DNA of 64,000 nt, taken from contig OZ244922.1 in the NCBI GenBank assembly GCA_965221905.1, positions 800,001 to 864,000 of the forward strand, read 5' to 3'. This document shows, piece by piece, positions 27,573 through 38,151 of the stretch; position 1 is the first letter of the stretch, and each line of letters opens with the position of its first letter. A program made the translations under genes and the position numbers. The notes beneath the pieces were generated by a model, which was given only the letters and a program-made list of their open reading frames with translations, made no database searches and was not told where the DNA came from. Source of the stretch: Chloroflexota bacterium. Lineage in GTDB: Bacteria > Chloroflexota > UBA11872 > VXOZ01.

Positions 27573-30500
27573 CTAGAGCTGCACCTGGACGCGCACGAGT
27601 CGGGCGTACGTGCCTGCGGTGCCCACGAGTTCGTCGTGCGTGCCCAGTTGGGTGACGTTCCCGTCGTCGAGGACGATGATTTTGTCCGCATCGCGGACAG
27701 TGGAGAGGCGGTGCGCGATGACGAGGGTGGTGCGGTCCCGCATAAGCTCGGCGATGGCCGCGCGCACTTCCCGCTCGTTCTCCGTATCCAGGTGGGACGT
27801 GGCTTCGTCCAGGATCAGAATAGGCGCTTGTTTCAGCAGCGCGCGCGCAATGGCAAGCCGCTGCCGCTGCCCGCCGGAAATTGACGTGCCGCGTTCGCCG
27901 ACGACTGAATCGTAGCCGCGTGGGAACCTCCGAATGAACTCGTCCGCGCTGGCCATCTTTGCCGCTGCCTCGATCTCATCATCGGTGGCGTCAGGCCGCG
28001 CGAGGCGCAGGTTTTCGCGGACGCTCATGTTGAAGAGGTAGATGTCCTGGGAGACAAGCGAAACGCGGCTGCGCAGGTCGTCGAGGGTGAAGTCTCGCAC
28101 GTCGTGACCGCCGAACGTGATCCGTCCTTGCTGCGGGTCCCAGAAGCGCATGAGTAGGTGCGCCACGGTGGTCTTGCCCGCGCCGGAAGGCCCGACGAGA
28201 GCGACGGTCTGGCCGGCATCTATTGCGAAAGAAACACCGCTCAGCGCCTGGGGCTCGCCGGGGCCGTAGTTGAACCATACGTCATCGAATGTCACCGCGG
28301 GCACTGCGGCCGCTGTGGGTGAAACGGCGTCACCGTCAGTCACGGGCATTGGTTCGTCCTGCACGGCAAAGACGCGCCGACCGGAACCGAACGCGTTCGC
28401 CAATTCCTTGACGATGCGGGCAATCTCGGCCACCGGCGTGAAGCAGGTCAGGGCAAGCATCGTCGCCACCGGCAACGCCGCGGGTGCCAGCCCGCCTTCG
28501 ATCACGAGATACGCGCCCAGCATGAGCACGACGAGCCCGCCGACCGCTTGGATTCCTTCGATAGTTCCCTGCTGGAAACCTAGTTGCTTGCCATAACGCA
28601 CCTGCAGGCCGGTGAGCGCATCGCTCTTGTCGTGGATTTCCTGCAAGCGCCGACCGTCTTGCGAAAAGACCACGACCTCGCGCAGTCCCTGCACGCTGTC
28701 AGACATGTGTGCGTTGACCTCGCCAAGCTCAGCGCGCAAGCGATTGCCCAGCCGGTCGGTATGTCGTCCGATGAAGTGCGGGCTGAGCGCCACCAGGATG
28801 AGGAAGGGCACCAGCACCAGCGCGAGCAGCCACGACATGTTGAGCAAAAAGACCACTGCCACGAGCGGCACCATGATGGCAACCAGGATCGGCCCGGCTG
28901 CATGGGCGAAGAACGACTCGACCGTCTCGATATCCGACGTGACGATGCTTGTAAGGTCGCCACTGCGGCGACTGTACATATAAGCGGGCGCGAGGCGATC
29001 AAAGGTGTCGAAGAGCTTGATGCGCATGTCCGCCAGAATACGGTACGCCATGTCGTGCGAAATCCAGGACTCGATCCAGGTAAAGAGTGACACCGTTACC
29101 GCAAGGGCGATCACAATCGGAATCATGGGACCCAGGCCGCCGTCGGTCGCCACGCGGCCGGCGAGTATGGCGCTGGCAACGCCGAGCGCGATGGTAGCCC
29201 CAGCCTTGACCAGGCCGCTGCCAACGGTGACGGCGAATTCCAACCACTCCGGGCGAATGAGCCGCATCAGCCGGCTGCTCGTTTCCCAAGCGCCGATTGC
29301 CACCGGCTCGATAGGTTTTGCGTGCGCGTCGCTGCGCAGAAAGTGACCGTCCTGGCTGGCTGGGTCGTCTGCCACGGGCGCGGCGGAGCCTGGCGCGCCG
29401 CCTGCGACGCCGGCTGCTACGGAATCTCCATTCGTCGCGGCAGAAGAGAACCCGATACCATCTTGCTCGTCCTCAGCGCCGGTCGGCAGCCGCGATTGCG
29501 CCGCCACGAGACGCGCGTAGACCCCGTCGTGAGCCATGAGATCGCTGTGAGAGCCCCGCTCGACGCAGGCCCCTTGGTCGAGCACGATGATTTGATCGGC
29601 GCCGGAGACCGTCGAAAGGCGGTGGGCAATCACGATCGTCGTCCTATTCCGCATCAGCCGTTCCAGTGCCTCTTGGATGACCGCTTCATTGCCGCTGTCG
29701 ACGTGGGAGGTAGCCTCATCCAGGATGAGGATGGGCGCGTCCTTGAGGATGGCCCGCGCAATGGCAAGCCGCTGTCGCTGGCCGCCGGAAAGCTTCTGGC
29801 CGCGTTCGCCAATGATCGTGTCGTAACCGGCAAGCAGTCTCGGAATGAACTCATGCGCGTTCGCGGCTTGCGCCGCCGCCAACACCTCTGCGTCTGACGC
29901 CTCGGGGCGGGCGAGGCGGATATTCTCCAATACGGTGCCGTGGAAGAGATACGTGTCCTGCGCGACGATAGAGACCTGCCGCCGCAAGGTTTCCAGCGGA
30001 AGGCCCCGGATGTCGTGGCCGCCAAGCAGGATGCGTCCCGCTTGGGGATCGAAGAAGCGCAGTAGCAGATTGGTGACCGTGGTCTTGCCGGCGCCGGAAG
30101 GCCCAACGATGCCGAGTGTGGAGCCGGCCGGTACGCCAAAGGAAACTTCCCGCAGCGCCGGTTGGTCGCCGCTCTCGTAGGCGAAAGTCACGCGCTCGAA
30201 ATCCACGCTGGGCTCGAGCGTTGCTTCATTGGCAATGGTTGCGCCGGTGCGGCCGTCTGCAGTGACCCGGTCGGCGGCATCCATGACCTCCGGCTGCTCA
30301 TCCAGGAGCGAGAACATGCCGATGGCTGACGAGGTACCGAGCAGACCGGTGTGGTAGAGCTGATTGAGTTCGCGTAACGGACGGAAGATCTCTACTCCCA
30401 GGAAGAGCACGATCATGAGGGGCGTCAAGTCGAGCGTGCCTTGATCGACGCGAATTGCACCCCAGGCGAGCACCGACGCGGCGCCCAAACTCATGAAGAG

Positions 30501-31268
30501 CATGCTTACGCCGCCGGACGCTATGTTTATGCCCAGCACCTTCATGGTTGTGAGCGAGAGCGCGTGTGCGCGGTCGGCAAGCATGCGTCCCCACTCCGCG
30601 CTGCGGCCGAAGATCTTCAAGGTGGCGAGCCCTTGGATGGCATCGATGAAATCTGCGCTCAGCTCTCGGTTTGCTTGCCAGCGTCCGCGGCTGGCGCGGT
30701 ACGTGGCGCGGCGGAAGAACATCGGCGCAAGGAAGGTGAGCGTGGCAAAAAGCAGGAAGATGAGGGCCGACTGCCAGTCAAGGATTGTCATGAAGATGAG
30801 AATGCCAACGGGGGCCACACCGGCAACCACAAGCTGCGGCAGGTAGCGACCGAAGAACGTCTCGAGCTGCTCCACCGAATCCACAGCCTTTACCACCACC
30901 TCACCGGTGCGCTGTTTCTGCGTGAAACCGGGGCCGAGACGCAGCAAGTGGCTATAGAGGGCAGTGCGAAGCTTGACTTTCATTTTCGCCGCTGTCTCGT
31001 GGGCAATGAATTGTTGCGCCATCGTGAAGACGATGCGCAGCATGGGCAGCGCAAGTACGCCGAGCAAAATCGGGATAATCTTTGAGAAGGGCTCATTCTC
31101 GAAAACCATTGCCACCGCCGTACCCGAGAGGGAAAGGCGCGCCACGCCGGTAGTAACAGCGCCCAGACCGAAGAGGGCAGCCAAGGCTATCCGACCGCGA
31201 ACTTCCTTCGTCAGGCTGGCGAGACGCCAACTGGTGCTTAGGGAATCAGCCTTCTTTACTGTCGCCAT
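27573..31268 (-). CDS. Fused four-domain ABC transporter (TMD-NBD-TMD-NBD), CydDC/IrtAB-like exporter fold
   Basis: Two Walker A (GPSGAGKT), two signatures (LSGGQ/ISGGQ), two 'ILILDEATS', two 'IAHRLSTV'. Halves joined by an Ala/Gly/Asp linker. Confidence 0.92.
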   Translation of the reverse strand: MATVKKADSLSTSWRLASLTKEVRGRIALAALFGLGAVTTGVARLSLSGTAVAMVFENEPFSKIIPILLGVLALPMLRIVFTMAQQFIAHETAAKMKVKLRTALYSHLLRLGPGFTQKQRTGEVVVKAVDSVEQLETFFGRYLPQLVVAGVAPVGILIFMTILDWQSALIFLLFATLTFLAPMFFRRATYRASRGRWQANRELSADFIDAIQGLATLKIFGRSAEWGRMLADRAHALSLTTMKVLGINIASGGVSMLFMSLGAASVLAWGAIRVDQGTLDLTPLMIVLFLGVEIFRPLRELNQLYHTGLLGTSSAIGMFSLLDEQPEVMDAADRVTADGRTGATIANEATLEPSVDFERVTFAYESGDQPALREVSFGVPAGSTLGIVGPSGAGKTTVTNLLLRFFDPQAGRILLGGHDIRGLPLETLRRQVSIVAQDTYLFHGTVLENIRLARPEASDAEVLAAAQAANAHEFIPRLLAGYDTIIGERGQKLSGGQRQRLAIARAILKDAPILILDEATSHVDSGNEAVIQEALERLMRNRTTIVIAHRLSTVSGADQIIVLDQGACVERGSHSDLMAHDGVYARLVAAQSRLPTGAEDEQDGIGFSSAATNGDSVAAGVAGGAPGSAAPVADDPASQDGHFLRSDAHAKPIEPVAIGAWETSSRLMRLIRPEWLEFAVTVGSGLVKAGATIALGVASAILAGRVATDGGLGPMIPIVIALAVTVSLFTWIESWISHDMAYRILADMRIKLFDTFDRLAPAYMYSRRSGDLTSIVTSDIETVESFFAHAAGPILVAIMVPLVAVVFLLNMSWLLALVLVPFLILVALSPHFIGRHTDRLGNRLRAELGEVNAHMSDSVQGLREVVVFSQDGRRLQEIHDKSDALTGLQVRYGKQLGFQQGTIEGIQAVGGLVVLMLGAYLVIEGGLAPAALPVATMLALTCFTPVAEIARIVKELANAFGSGRRVFAVQDEPMPVTDGDAVSPTAAAVPAVTFDDVWFNYGPGEPQALSGVSFAIDAGQTVALVGPSGAGKTTVAHLLMRFWDPQQGRITFGGHDVRDFTLDDLRSRVSLVSQDIYLFNMSVRENLRLARPDATDDEIEAAAKMASADEFIRRFPRGYDSVVGERGTSISGGQRQRLAIARALLKQAPILILDEATSHLDTENEREVRAAIAELMRDRTTLVIAHRLSTVRDADKIIVLDDGNVTQLGTHDELVGTAGTYARLVRVQVQL

Positions 31269-31303
31269 TGCTTGCCTCAATCAACACTGTGCTTCTGCAA
31301 ATA

Positions 31304-31361
31304 TTGAGAATTGTTCCTAATAATGGGCATTTAATATACCACGATTTACAATAGCACACAA
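31304..31361 (-). promoter_or_regulatory. Promoter with downstream Fur-like dyad upstream of the ABC transporter
   Basis: Minus strand TTGTGT-17 nt-TATATT (extended -10 TG). AT-rich imperfect dyad TTGAGAATTGTTCCTAA at 31304-31320. Confidence 0.45.
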
Positions 31362-31610
31362 GCGGATTGAGTCGGGGTTTTCAGACTCGCTGCACCGCAC
31401 ATGACCTCTTTAGCGAGTGGCAGGGACTAATGAGAGTTCGCTCCCGCAGTTCAACGTATCGTTTGATGTGCTGGGCGAATGTACCAAGAGACGGAGGCAG
31501 TCCGAGGGAGATAGCCTAATGAATTACTGGAATAACGCCGTGCGGATTCTCCCTCTACCTCTCAAAGGTGCGGTCTAAGAGTAGAGAAAAAGCGCGGTTG
31601 CAGGGCAAAG

Positions 31611-31635
31611 AAAAACCGGGAGGTATATCCCGGTT
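31611..31635 (-). terminator. Rho-independent terminator of the 31685-32092 gene
   Basis: Stem AACCGGGA/TCCCGGTT with a T-run on the minus strand (AAAGAAAAA on plus). Confidence 0.7.
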
Positions 31636-31684
31636 CATCTTCTCTCGTTTCGATAAAGCTCATTTCACTGTCGAAGAAAGGTAG

Positions 31685-32092
31685 TTAGTAAAGGGGATGG
31701 TCCTTCCGCAACCAGTTTACCGGCTCTAGGGATTCGAAAGGCTCCTCGTCATCAGCGAGATCGGGCTCAAAATCGGTGTCGTCGTAAATCCCCTTGATCT
31801 GGTTTGAATCGAGATGCCGCATGTCTACTAAATCGTCAAAGAATCTTTCAAGCACCTTGTAGCGGTCATACCATTCGCCGGGGTCTTCGAATTTCTCAGC
31901 CCATTCTGCAAAATAGATGACAACATCGCGAACCGATATTTCGTAGATTGTCTTCCGAATACACACATAGTGGCCGAATTCTTTTAGCCATCTAATCCTC
32001 CTACCCGTCTCCGTTCGTGAGAGCCGCCTTTGATTTGCAAGATAGGAGGTATAGATACGAAGGACAGAATCCACATCGGTGGTACTCGCCAT
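31685..32092 (-). CDS. Stand-alone tyrosine-recombinase core-binding (SAM-like) domain protein with acidic tail
   Basis: Pattern 'YLANQRRLS..E...LKEF...IYEISVRDVVIYF...VLERFFDDLV....LDSNQIKGI' matches the XerC/D N-terminal four-helix domain. GAGGAGG RBS; no catalytic domain; visibly AT-richer than flanks. Confidence 0.6.
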   Translation of the reverse strand: MASTTDVDSVLRIYTSYLANQRRLSRTETGRRIRWLKEFGHYVCIRKTIYEISVRDVVIYFAEWAEKFEDPGEWYDRYKVLERFFDDLVDMRHLDSNQIKGIYDDTDFEPDLADDEEPFESLEPVNWLRKDHPLY

Positions 32093-32311
32093 CTGTTGCC
32101 TCCTCATCCTGGCAGATGAATTGCTTTACGCAGGACACATCCTTAATTCTAAGCTAAATCTAAGCATTCGTCAACCGTCTGTAGGCCGGTAATTGCCCTA
32201 TAATTGGCTTTCCAAGGACCGTCTTCCCGTTGCAGGGATGCGTTTCCGTGCTGCCTGTGTCATAGTTAATTGGAGTGTTTTGCTCACGAAGGGCATTGGA
32301 TAAGAGACCTG

Positions 32312-33457
32312 ATGAGCGGTATTATTGCTTCTTCGGAAGTTGAGAACGCCCCCGAGGCAAAGTCGGACGGCCCCACGTTGCCGGAGTCTCCTGAGCCGCA
32401 GCCGACCGGAATTCGCTTCTCCCGACGCACCAAAGTTGCGGTAGTAATGGTGCTTATCGGGCTTACACTTCTATTCGTGTATGGCGTACGTGCGATCATT
32501 TGGCCGTTCATTTGGGCGGCGGTGTTGGCCTATCTGTTGGCGCCGCTCGTAACATGGCTCTGCCGGCACTCGCGCCTCCATCGTTTTTGGGTGACGCTCA
32601 TACTCATGGTTTTCTTCCTTGGCGGCATTGTCATGCTCTTCACGTTCGGCTACCCACCGTTGAGTCGTGAACTTGAAGGTCTCCGGCTCAGTCTACCCAG
32701 TATCGTGAGCAATCTAGAGAGTACCGTCGGCGAGTTCGCGCAAGTGGATCTTTTCGGTCTTGAGGAAGTGATTGGGACTTCCGGTGAGCTCCTTGCAGGC
32801 GTCTTGGACTCCGCCACTTCCCAGATGGTTGATGCGGCGCTCGAAATTGCGTTGCACGTGGTGGAACTCTTGCTGAAATTCCTGCTCTGTCTCTTCACTA
32901 CGTTCTACCTGTTACTTGAATCGAATCGCTTTGGGGCATGGGCGCGACGCATGGTACCGGCGCCGTACCGCAACGAGATGGCGCGTCTGGGCGGTCAAAT
33001 TGACCGCATGCTCGGCCGCTTCATTCGCGGTGAAGTGATGCTGGTGATCATCATGTCGGTGGCGACCTATATTGGATTGAAGCTATTGGGTATGCCTTAT
33101 GCCCTTGTCTTGGCTCCCGTGGCGGGTGTGCTGGAATTGATCCCTTTTATCGGACCGTTCATGGCCGCCACGCCGGCCGTTTTGCTTGCGCTCGTCTACC
33201 CAAGCCCCTTCGGCTGGTCGCCGGTGGTCAACGCGATTGTGGTCGCGGTCATGTATACTGTGTTGCGGCATCTTGAAGACTATCTCATCATCCCAAACGT
33301 CGTTGGTCGCTATGTGCAGCTTAACCCGGTGCTGACGATTTTTGCTATTCTATCTGGCGGGGCGCTCTTCGGTATATCCGGCATGCTGCTTGCAATCCCG
33401 GCGGCAGCAATCCTCCGTATTGTGCTCAACTACCTCTATGTGAAGCTAACTACCTAG
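32312..33457 (+). CDS. AI-2E (PerM/TqsA) family transporter
   Basis: 'PFIWAAVLAYLLAPLV', 'LELIPFIGP', 'LEDYLIIPNVVG..VQLNPV', 'GMLLAIP'. Confidence 0.92.
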   Translation: MSGIIASSEVENAPEAKSDGPTLPESPEPQPTGIRFSRRTKVAVVMVLIGLTLLFVYGVRAIIWPFIWAAVLAYLLAPLVTWLCRHSRLHRFWVTLILMVFFLGGIVMLFTFGYPPLSRELEGLRLSLPSIVSNLESTVGEFAQVDLFGLEEVIGTSGELLAGVLDSATSQMVDAALEIALHVVELLLKFLLCLFTTFYLLLESNRFGAWARRMVPAPYRNEMARLGGQIDRMLGRFIRGEVMLVIIMSVATYIGLKLLGMPYALVLAPVAGVLELIPFIGPFMAATPAVLLALVYPSPFGWSPVVNAIVVAVMYTVLRHLEDYLIIPNVVGRYVQLNPVLTIFAILSGGALFGISGMLLAIPAAAILRIVLNYLYVKLTT

Positions 33458-33465
33458 GCCTTCGT

Positions 33466-34002
33466 ATGCGTGTACGCCGCGCAGACCTCAGAGATATCGA
33501 CGCTTGTATACGGCTCGATTCTTCCTATCAAACACAGAACGTTTGGGCTATGGAGACCCGCTGGGAAGGCAAGCGCAAGCTCTCCGGCTTCCAGGTGCGC
33601 CGCCTGCCGCGCGTGCTGACGTTGCAGCCGCCGTTAGACCCGGATGACTTGCACGCTGATTGGCGCAACGGAGATCTCTTCTTGGTGGCAGAGGAAGAAG
33701 GCGTGGTCGTCGGGTATCTGGACATGGTCTCGCCCCGGCGGCTGAGCAACGGTCTCATACAGAGCATTGTCGTGCGGCCCGACCTGCGCCGATGCGGGGT
33801 GGGTTCCGCGTTGCTGCGCACTAGTCTAAACTGGGCCAAGCACAACCGGTTGCAAGGGCTTTGCATGGACGTGCAGTCGCGAAATTATCCGGCCATTCAG
33901 TTTTTGCACAGAAATGGCTTTGTTTATAGCGGGTATAATGACCGCTACTACCCGACCCAAGACGTGGCGCTGTTCTTCGTCTACCGCCTCGGCCACACGT
34001 AG
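33466..34002 (+). CDS. GNAT family N-acetyltransferase
   Basis: Motif A 'VRPDLRRCGVGSALL' and 'NYPAIQFLHRNGF'. Confidence 0.88.
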   Translation: MRVRRADLRDIDACIRLDSSYQTQNVWAMETRWEGKRKLSGFQVRRLPRVLTLQPPLDPDDLHADWRNGDLFLVAEEEGVVVGYLDMVSPRRLSNGLIQSIVVRPDLRRCGVGSALLRTSLNWAKHNRLQGLCMDVQSRNYPAIQFLHRNGFVYSGYNDRYYPTQDVALFFVYRLGHT

Positions 34003-34117
34003 AGAATAGTGGCCGGTTGGGAAACCGGGGTCCGAGTGCGGAGAGAATTGCGGGTTGGTCACGCGTAACTAATGTCGTTTGCGAACTGGCAGCCGCGGCC
34101 GAGGAGCGAATCGCTAG

Positions 34118-35449
34118 GTGAATGACGAGAAGACGGTAAATATCGGCTTGATGGGCCTGGGGGTGGTAGGCAGCGGTGTGCTGCGCATCATCCACGAGAA
34201 GGCCCGCATGTTGGCGATGGCAACGGGTCGTGATCTCCGGGTCAAGAAGATCCTGGTACGGGAGAAGGCGAAGATTCGGGGGGTCGACGTGGAGCCCGCG
34301 ATGCTAACCACCAATCCCAGCGATATCTTGGACGATCCGACAATTCATATCGTGATCGAACTGATAGGCGGCGTTGAACCGGCGTATACATACGCCAAGC
34401 GCGCAATCCAGGCCGGCAAGCACTTGGTCACGGGCAACAAGGACGTGATGGCAGTGCACGGGCCGGAACTCCTGGGCCTTGCCAGCGAACAGAACGTCGA
34501 CATCTATTATGAAGCGAGTGTCGGCGGCGGCATTCCTCTGATCGGCTCGTTTCGTTCAGACCTTGTGGCGAATGAGATTCGCGAGATCTATGCCATTATC
34601 AACGGCACGACGAACTATATTTTAACGCGCATGTCGCGCGAAGGCGCGGCACTGTCTGAGGTGCTGGCGGCAGCGCAGGACTTGGGCTACGCGGAAGCCG
34701 ATCCAACGAAGGACGTGGAGGGCATCGACGCTGCTTTCAAGCTTGCAATCTTGGCGTCGCTTGCATTCCACACAGAGGTCGACCCCGCCGCTATCTATCG
34801 CCAAGGCATCATGCAACTTGAACCGGCGGACTTCCGTTACGCGCAGGACCTTGGCTACGTCATCAAGCTTCTTGCTCTCGCGCGACAGGACGACGTCGCG
34901 CCGTTGGGGCGCACGCGCTATGAGGCGTCGGTCTACCCCGCGCTGGTGCCCCAGGACGCCCCTCTTGCCAGCGTTGACGGTGTGTATAATGCAGTGTACG
35001 TTGTGGGCGATCTGGTGGGAAACGTGATGTTCTATGGCCGCGGCGCGGGATCGGAGCCGACAGCCAGCGCCATTGTCGCCGACGTTATCGACGTGGCCCA
35101 CAATATCATTAGCGGCGTAACTAACCGCGTTCCCTATACCATCGATTCCACCAAGACTATGAAGCCGATAGACGAGATCGAAACCCGATACTACTTTCGA
35201 CTGTGGGTTGCCGATCGGCCGGGAGTGCTTGCCAAAATTGCGACTATCTGCGGAGAACATCGCATTAGCATTGCTTCCGTGATCCAAAAAGAGGCAGACC
35301 CGGTTAATCAGACTGCTGAGCTCGTGTTTACTACCCACGATGCGTACGAGCGGGCAATGCAGGCTGCCGTGCAAGACATTGCGGCGCTGGACGTGGTGGC
35401 GAGGGTAGCGGGCTTCCTGCGCATTGTGGACGTGGGTGAGTCAGCGTGA
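34118..35449 (+). CDS. hom: Homoserine dehydrogenase with C-terminal ACT domain
   Basis: GLGVVG, 'YEASVGGGIP', 'INGTTNYIL', 'GYAEADP..DVEG.D...K', ACT 'DRPGVLAKI'. Confidence 0.96.
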   Translation: MNDEKTVNIGLMGLGVVGSGVLRIIHEKARMLAMATGRDLRVKKILVREKAKIRGVDVEPAMLTTNPSDILDDPTIHIVIELIGGVEPAYTYAKRAIQAGKHLVTGNKDVMAVHGPELLGLASEQNVDIYYEASVGGGIPLIGSFRSDLVANEIREIYAIINGTTNYILTRMSREGAALSEVLAAAQDLGYAEADPTKDVEGIDAAFKLAILASLAFHTEVDPAAIYRQGIMQLEPADFRYAQDLGYVIKLLALARQDDVAPLGRTRYEASVYPALVPQDAPLASVDGVYNAVYVVGDLVGNVMFYGRGAGSEPTASAIVADVIDVAHNIISGVTNRVPYTIDSTKTMKPIDEIETRYYFRLWVADRPGVLAKIATICGEHRISIASVIQKEADPVNQTAELVFTTHDAYERAMQAAVQDIAALDVVARVAGFLRIVDVGESA

Positions 35450-35554
35450 GCACTGGTGTACGGGCACGAGAGGGAGAATGTGGACGATTGTCGCGAAAGC
35501 GCTGCACCGTCCAATGCGGCGAAGAACGCTCCGGCGTATTCGGAAGTAGGGAGT

Positions 35555-36640
35555 ATGGATAGCCCCGGTTCAAACAATACAGCGCCTGCCGGTCGGAACT
35601 TGCTGGCTCACTATCGTGAGTATCTGCCGGTAACGGAACGGACTCCGCTCATCAGCCGCGGCGAGGGCTTCACCCCGCTGGTCCGCGCCCATGCTCTAGA
35701 AAAGCGCGTGGGGTGCGCCGAGCTATGGTTGAAACTGGAAGGCTGCAACCCGACCGGTTCTTTCAAGGACCGCGGCATGGTGATGGCCGTGGCAAAGGCG
35801 CTGGAGGAAGGCGCTGAGGCGATCATGTGCGCCTCCACCGGCAATACCAGCGCGGCCGCAGCCGCGTACGCCGCCGCCGCGCAGATCAAGGCGGTAGTAG
35901 TGGTGTCACAGGGGAAGATTGCCTTAGGCAAACTTGCCCAGGCGCTGATCTATGGCGCAGTGGTCATCGGCATTGACGGCACTTTCGACGACGCCTTGAA
36001 GATCGTGCGTGAGATTACGGCGCGCAATCCGATTACGGTGGTCAACTCCATCAACCCCTATCGGCTCCAGGGACAGAAGACGGCTGCTTTCGAATGCAGC
36101 GATGTGCTGGGCGACGCGCCGGATATTCTGGCCGTCCCGGTCGGAAACGCGGGCAACATCACGAGCTACTGGATGGGCTATCGGGAGTACCGCCGGGCGG
36201 GCAAGACAACGCGTCTGCCGCGCATGTGGGGCTTTGAAGCGGAGGGTGCGGCCGCTATCGTGGAAAACCGCCCGATTGAAAACCCCGATACCGTGGCGTC
36301 AGCGCTGCGTATCGGCAACCCGGCCAACTGGCAACGCGCTGTGCGCGCCCGCGACGATTCCGGCGGCTTGATTGCGACGGTGAGCGATCCCCAGATTTTG
36401 GAAGCCTACCAACTCCTGGCAGAACGAGAAGGTGTCTTTGCCGAACCCGCGTCAGCAGCCTCTGTGGCCGGCGTCCTCAAAATGGCCGCTGCGGGTGAGG
36501 TCAAGCCTTCCGACCAAATCGTCTGCGTGCTCACGGGCCACGGTCTCAAGGACCCCCAAATTGCCCTGGACGTGGCGAAAGACGTGGTTCCGGCCCCCAA
36601 TGACGTGCGCGAGATCGAGAAGATACTGGACTTGCGATGA
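35555..36640 (+). CDS. thrC: Threonine synthase
   Basis: '[14 protein letters not shown]', 'CASTGNTSA', 'PVGNAGN', 'LTGHGLKDP'. Follows hom; start uncertain (35456 or 35555). Confidence 0.95.
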   Translation: MDSPGSNNTAPAGRNLLAHYREYLPVTERTPLISRGEGFTPLVRAHALEKRVGCAELWLKLEGCNPTGSFKDRGMVMAVAKALEEGAEAIMCASTGNTSAAAAAYAAAAQIKAVVVVSQGKIALGKLAQALIYGAVVIGIDGTFDDALKIVREITARNPITVVNSINPYRLQGQKTAAFECSDVLGDAPDILAVPVGNAGNITSYWMGYREYRRAGKTTRLPRMWGFEAEGAAAIVENRPIENPDTVASALRIGNPANWQRAVRARDDSGGLIATVSDPQILEAYQLLAEREGVFAEPASAASVAGVLKMAAAGEVKPSDQIVCVLTGHGLKDPQIALDVAKDVVPAPNDVREIEKILDLR

Positions 36641-36852
36641 TTCCCGTCTGGCGTGCGCAGGTCGTATGACCCGCCATCTGCGACGAAACAGACGGACATA
36701 AACCCGCAGCGATTCGCGGCATGACGAGTGGCTAACCGACGCATGTCAGAAGGTTCCGCAACTCTTTGGCACTACGGGGATTAGGCGCGGCTGCCTGATA
36801 GCGAAATGACTCTCCCATACATTCGCAATTGTCGGGGGAGCTCAGCGTTCGC

Positions 36853-38124
36853 CTAGCACGAGAGCTGTTCTTTCCGCACCTCGTCGCGGTTTGCTTCGCT
36901 CGTGCGGCCCATGGCGCGGTATATTTGGGCGCGGATGCTATAGACGTCGCGCTCATTGGGGCCGGATTCCGCCGCGGCATTGGCATCGGCCAGCGCCGCA
37001 TCAAGCCGGTTCTTGGCGAAGTAGACCTTGGCACGCCCCACGTAGGCCCAGCTCGCATCGTCACTCAGTTGCAGGGCTCTATCGGCGTCGGACTCCGCCG
37101 CGTTGAGGTCTCCTAGGCCGATCCGAGCCAACGAGCGGGTGTCGTAGCACTCCGCGCATTCGTCGTCGAGCTCAATTGACTTGTTCGCGTCTTCCAGGGC
37201 CTTCTCATACTCGCCTGCTTTGGCGTAGGCCCAGGCGCGGGCGTTGTACCCGAAACTAAAGTCCGGCGCCATGTCTATCTCCCGCGTCGCGTCAGTGACG
37301 GCATTGCCGTACTGCTCTAGTGCGAGATAAACGGCAATCCGCGCCAGATAAGCGCCGGAGGCAGTTGGCGCCATTTCCGTAACCACGTTGGCATCCGCCA
37401 GTGCATCCACGCAGGCTCCGACCTTTATTCCCAAGTACGCGCGCACGCGGTACAATTCCGGTTGGGTTGGATCGAGGAGTATTGCTTCATCGGCGTCCTC
37501 GAGCGCTCTTTCGTAGTCTCCCATCGCTTGATAGATCTTCGACCGTGTCAGATAGCGGTGGGCGGATTCGGAATCTAGAGAGATCGCGTAGCTGGCGTCG
37601 TCCAATGCCGGTTCCAGATCATTCTGCAGCAGGTAGACGTTGGCGCGCAGGCCGTAAGCATCGACCATACCGGGATCAGCCTCGATGAGCGTGTCCAGAT
37701 CCTCCAGGGCCTTGCTAAAGCGTTCCAACTGTACCGCCACGATCGCACGGAGAAAGCGGTACCTTGGCTCTTCGCCGTTCAGCTCTACGGCGCTGTCCAA
37801 TTCCCGCATGGCGCCGTTGAAATTGGCTTCTTGGAAGTATTCAAGCGAGCGGGCAAAGTGCTCTTGCGCTGCCGCTTCCGTCCCACCGCGCATATTGGCG
37901 ACTGTTTGTTGTTGCAGGGGTTGTATGAAGCGAGGATAGATGATGAAGGCAAAGAGCGCGACGACTGCGATTACGCCGACAACGACAATGCCGAGGGTAC
38001 GCTCGCGCTGGGTCTTTCGCCTAGAATCTATATCTTCCGTGTCCGCGTCTTGCGGGCCGCGCACAGGCCTTACGTCATCTTCATTCTTGTCTGGGGGGTT
38101 TAGCTCGCTCATAGCATCCTCCAC
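36853..38124 (-). CDS. Membrane-anchored tetratricopeptide repeat protein
   Basis: One N-terminal TM followed by about 9-10 34-residue 'Y..RA.......Y..AL.DA..AI.L.P' repeats. Confidence 0.9.
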   Translation of the reverse strand: MEDAMSELNPPDKNEDDVRPVRGPQDADTEDIDSRRKTQRERTLGIVVVGVIAVVALFAFIIYPRFIQPLQQQTVANMRGGTEAAAQEHFARSLEYFQEANFNGAMRELDSAVELNGEEPRYRFLRAIVAVQLERFSKALEDLDTLIEADPGMVDAYGLRANVYLLQNDLEPALDDASYAISLDSESAHRYLTRSKIYQAMGDYERALEDADEAILLDPTQPELYRVRAYLGIKVGACVDALADANVVTEMAPTASGAYLARIAVYLALEQYGNAVTDATREIDMAPDFSFGYNARAWAYAKAGEYEKALEDANKSIELDDECAECYDTRSLARIGLGDLNAAESDADRALQLSDDASWAYVGRAKVYFAKNRLDAALADANAAAESGPNERDVYSIRAQIYRAMGRTSEANRDEVRKEQLSC

Positions 38125-38151
38125 GTCATCGTGATAGGAACCGCGCCGTTG

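Noticed and set aside
31362-31610. Possible structured ncRNA in the intergenic region
   Set aside because: A few hairpins are present, but no recognisable 6S, SRP, tmRNA, RNase P or riboswitch consensus. An Infernal search would be needed.
34003-34117. T-box or riboswitch upstream of hom-thrC
   Set aside because: Only a small hairpin (CCGGTT-GGGA-AACCGG) is present. There is no T-box or SAM/lysine consensus and the region is too short.
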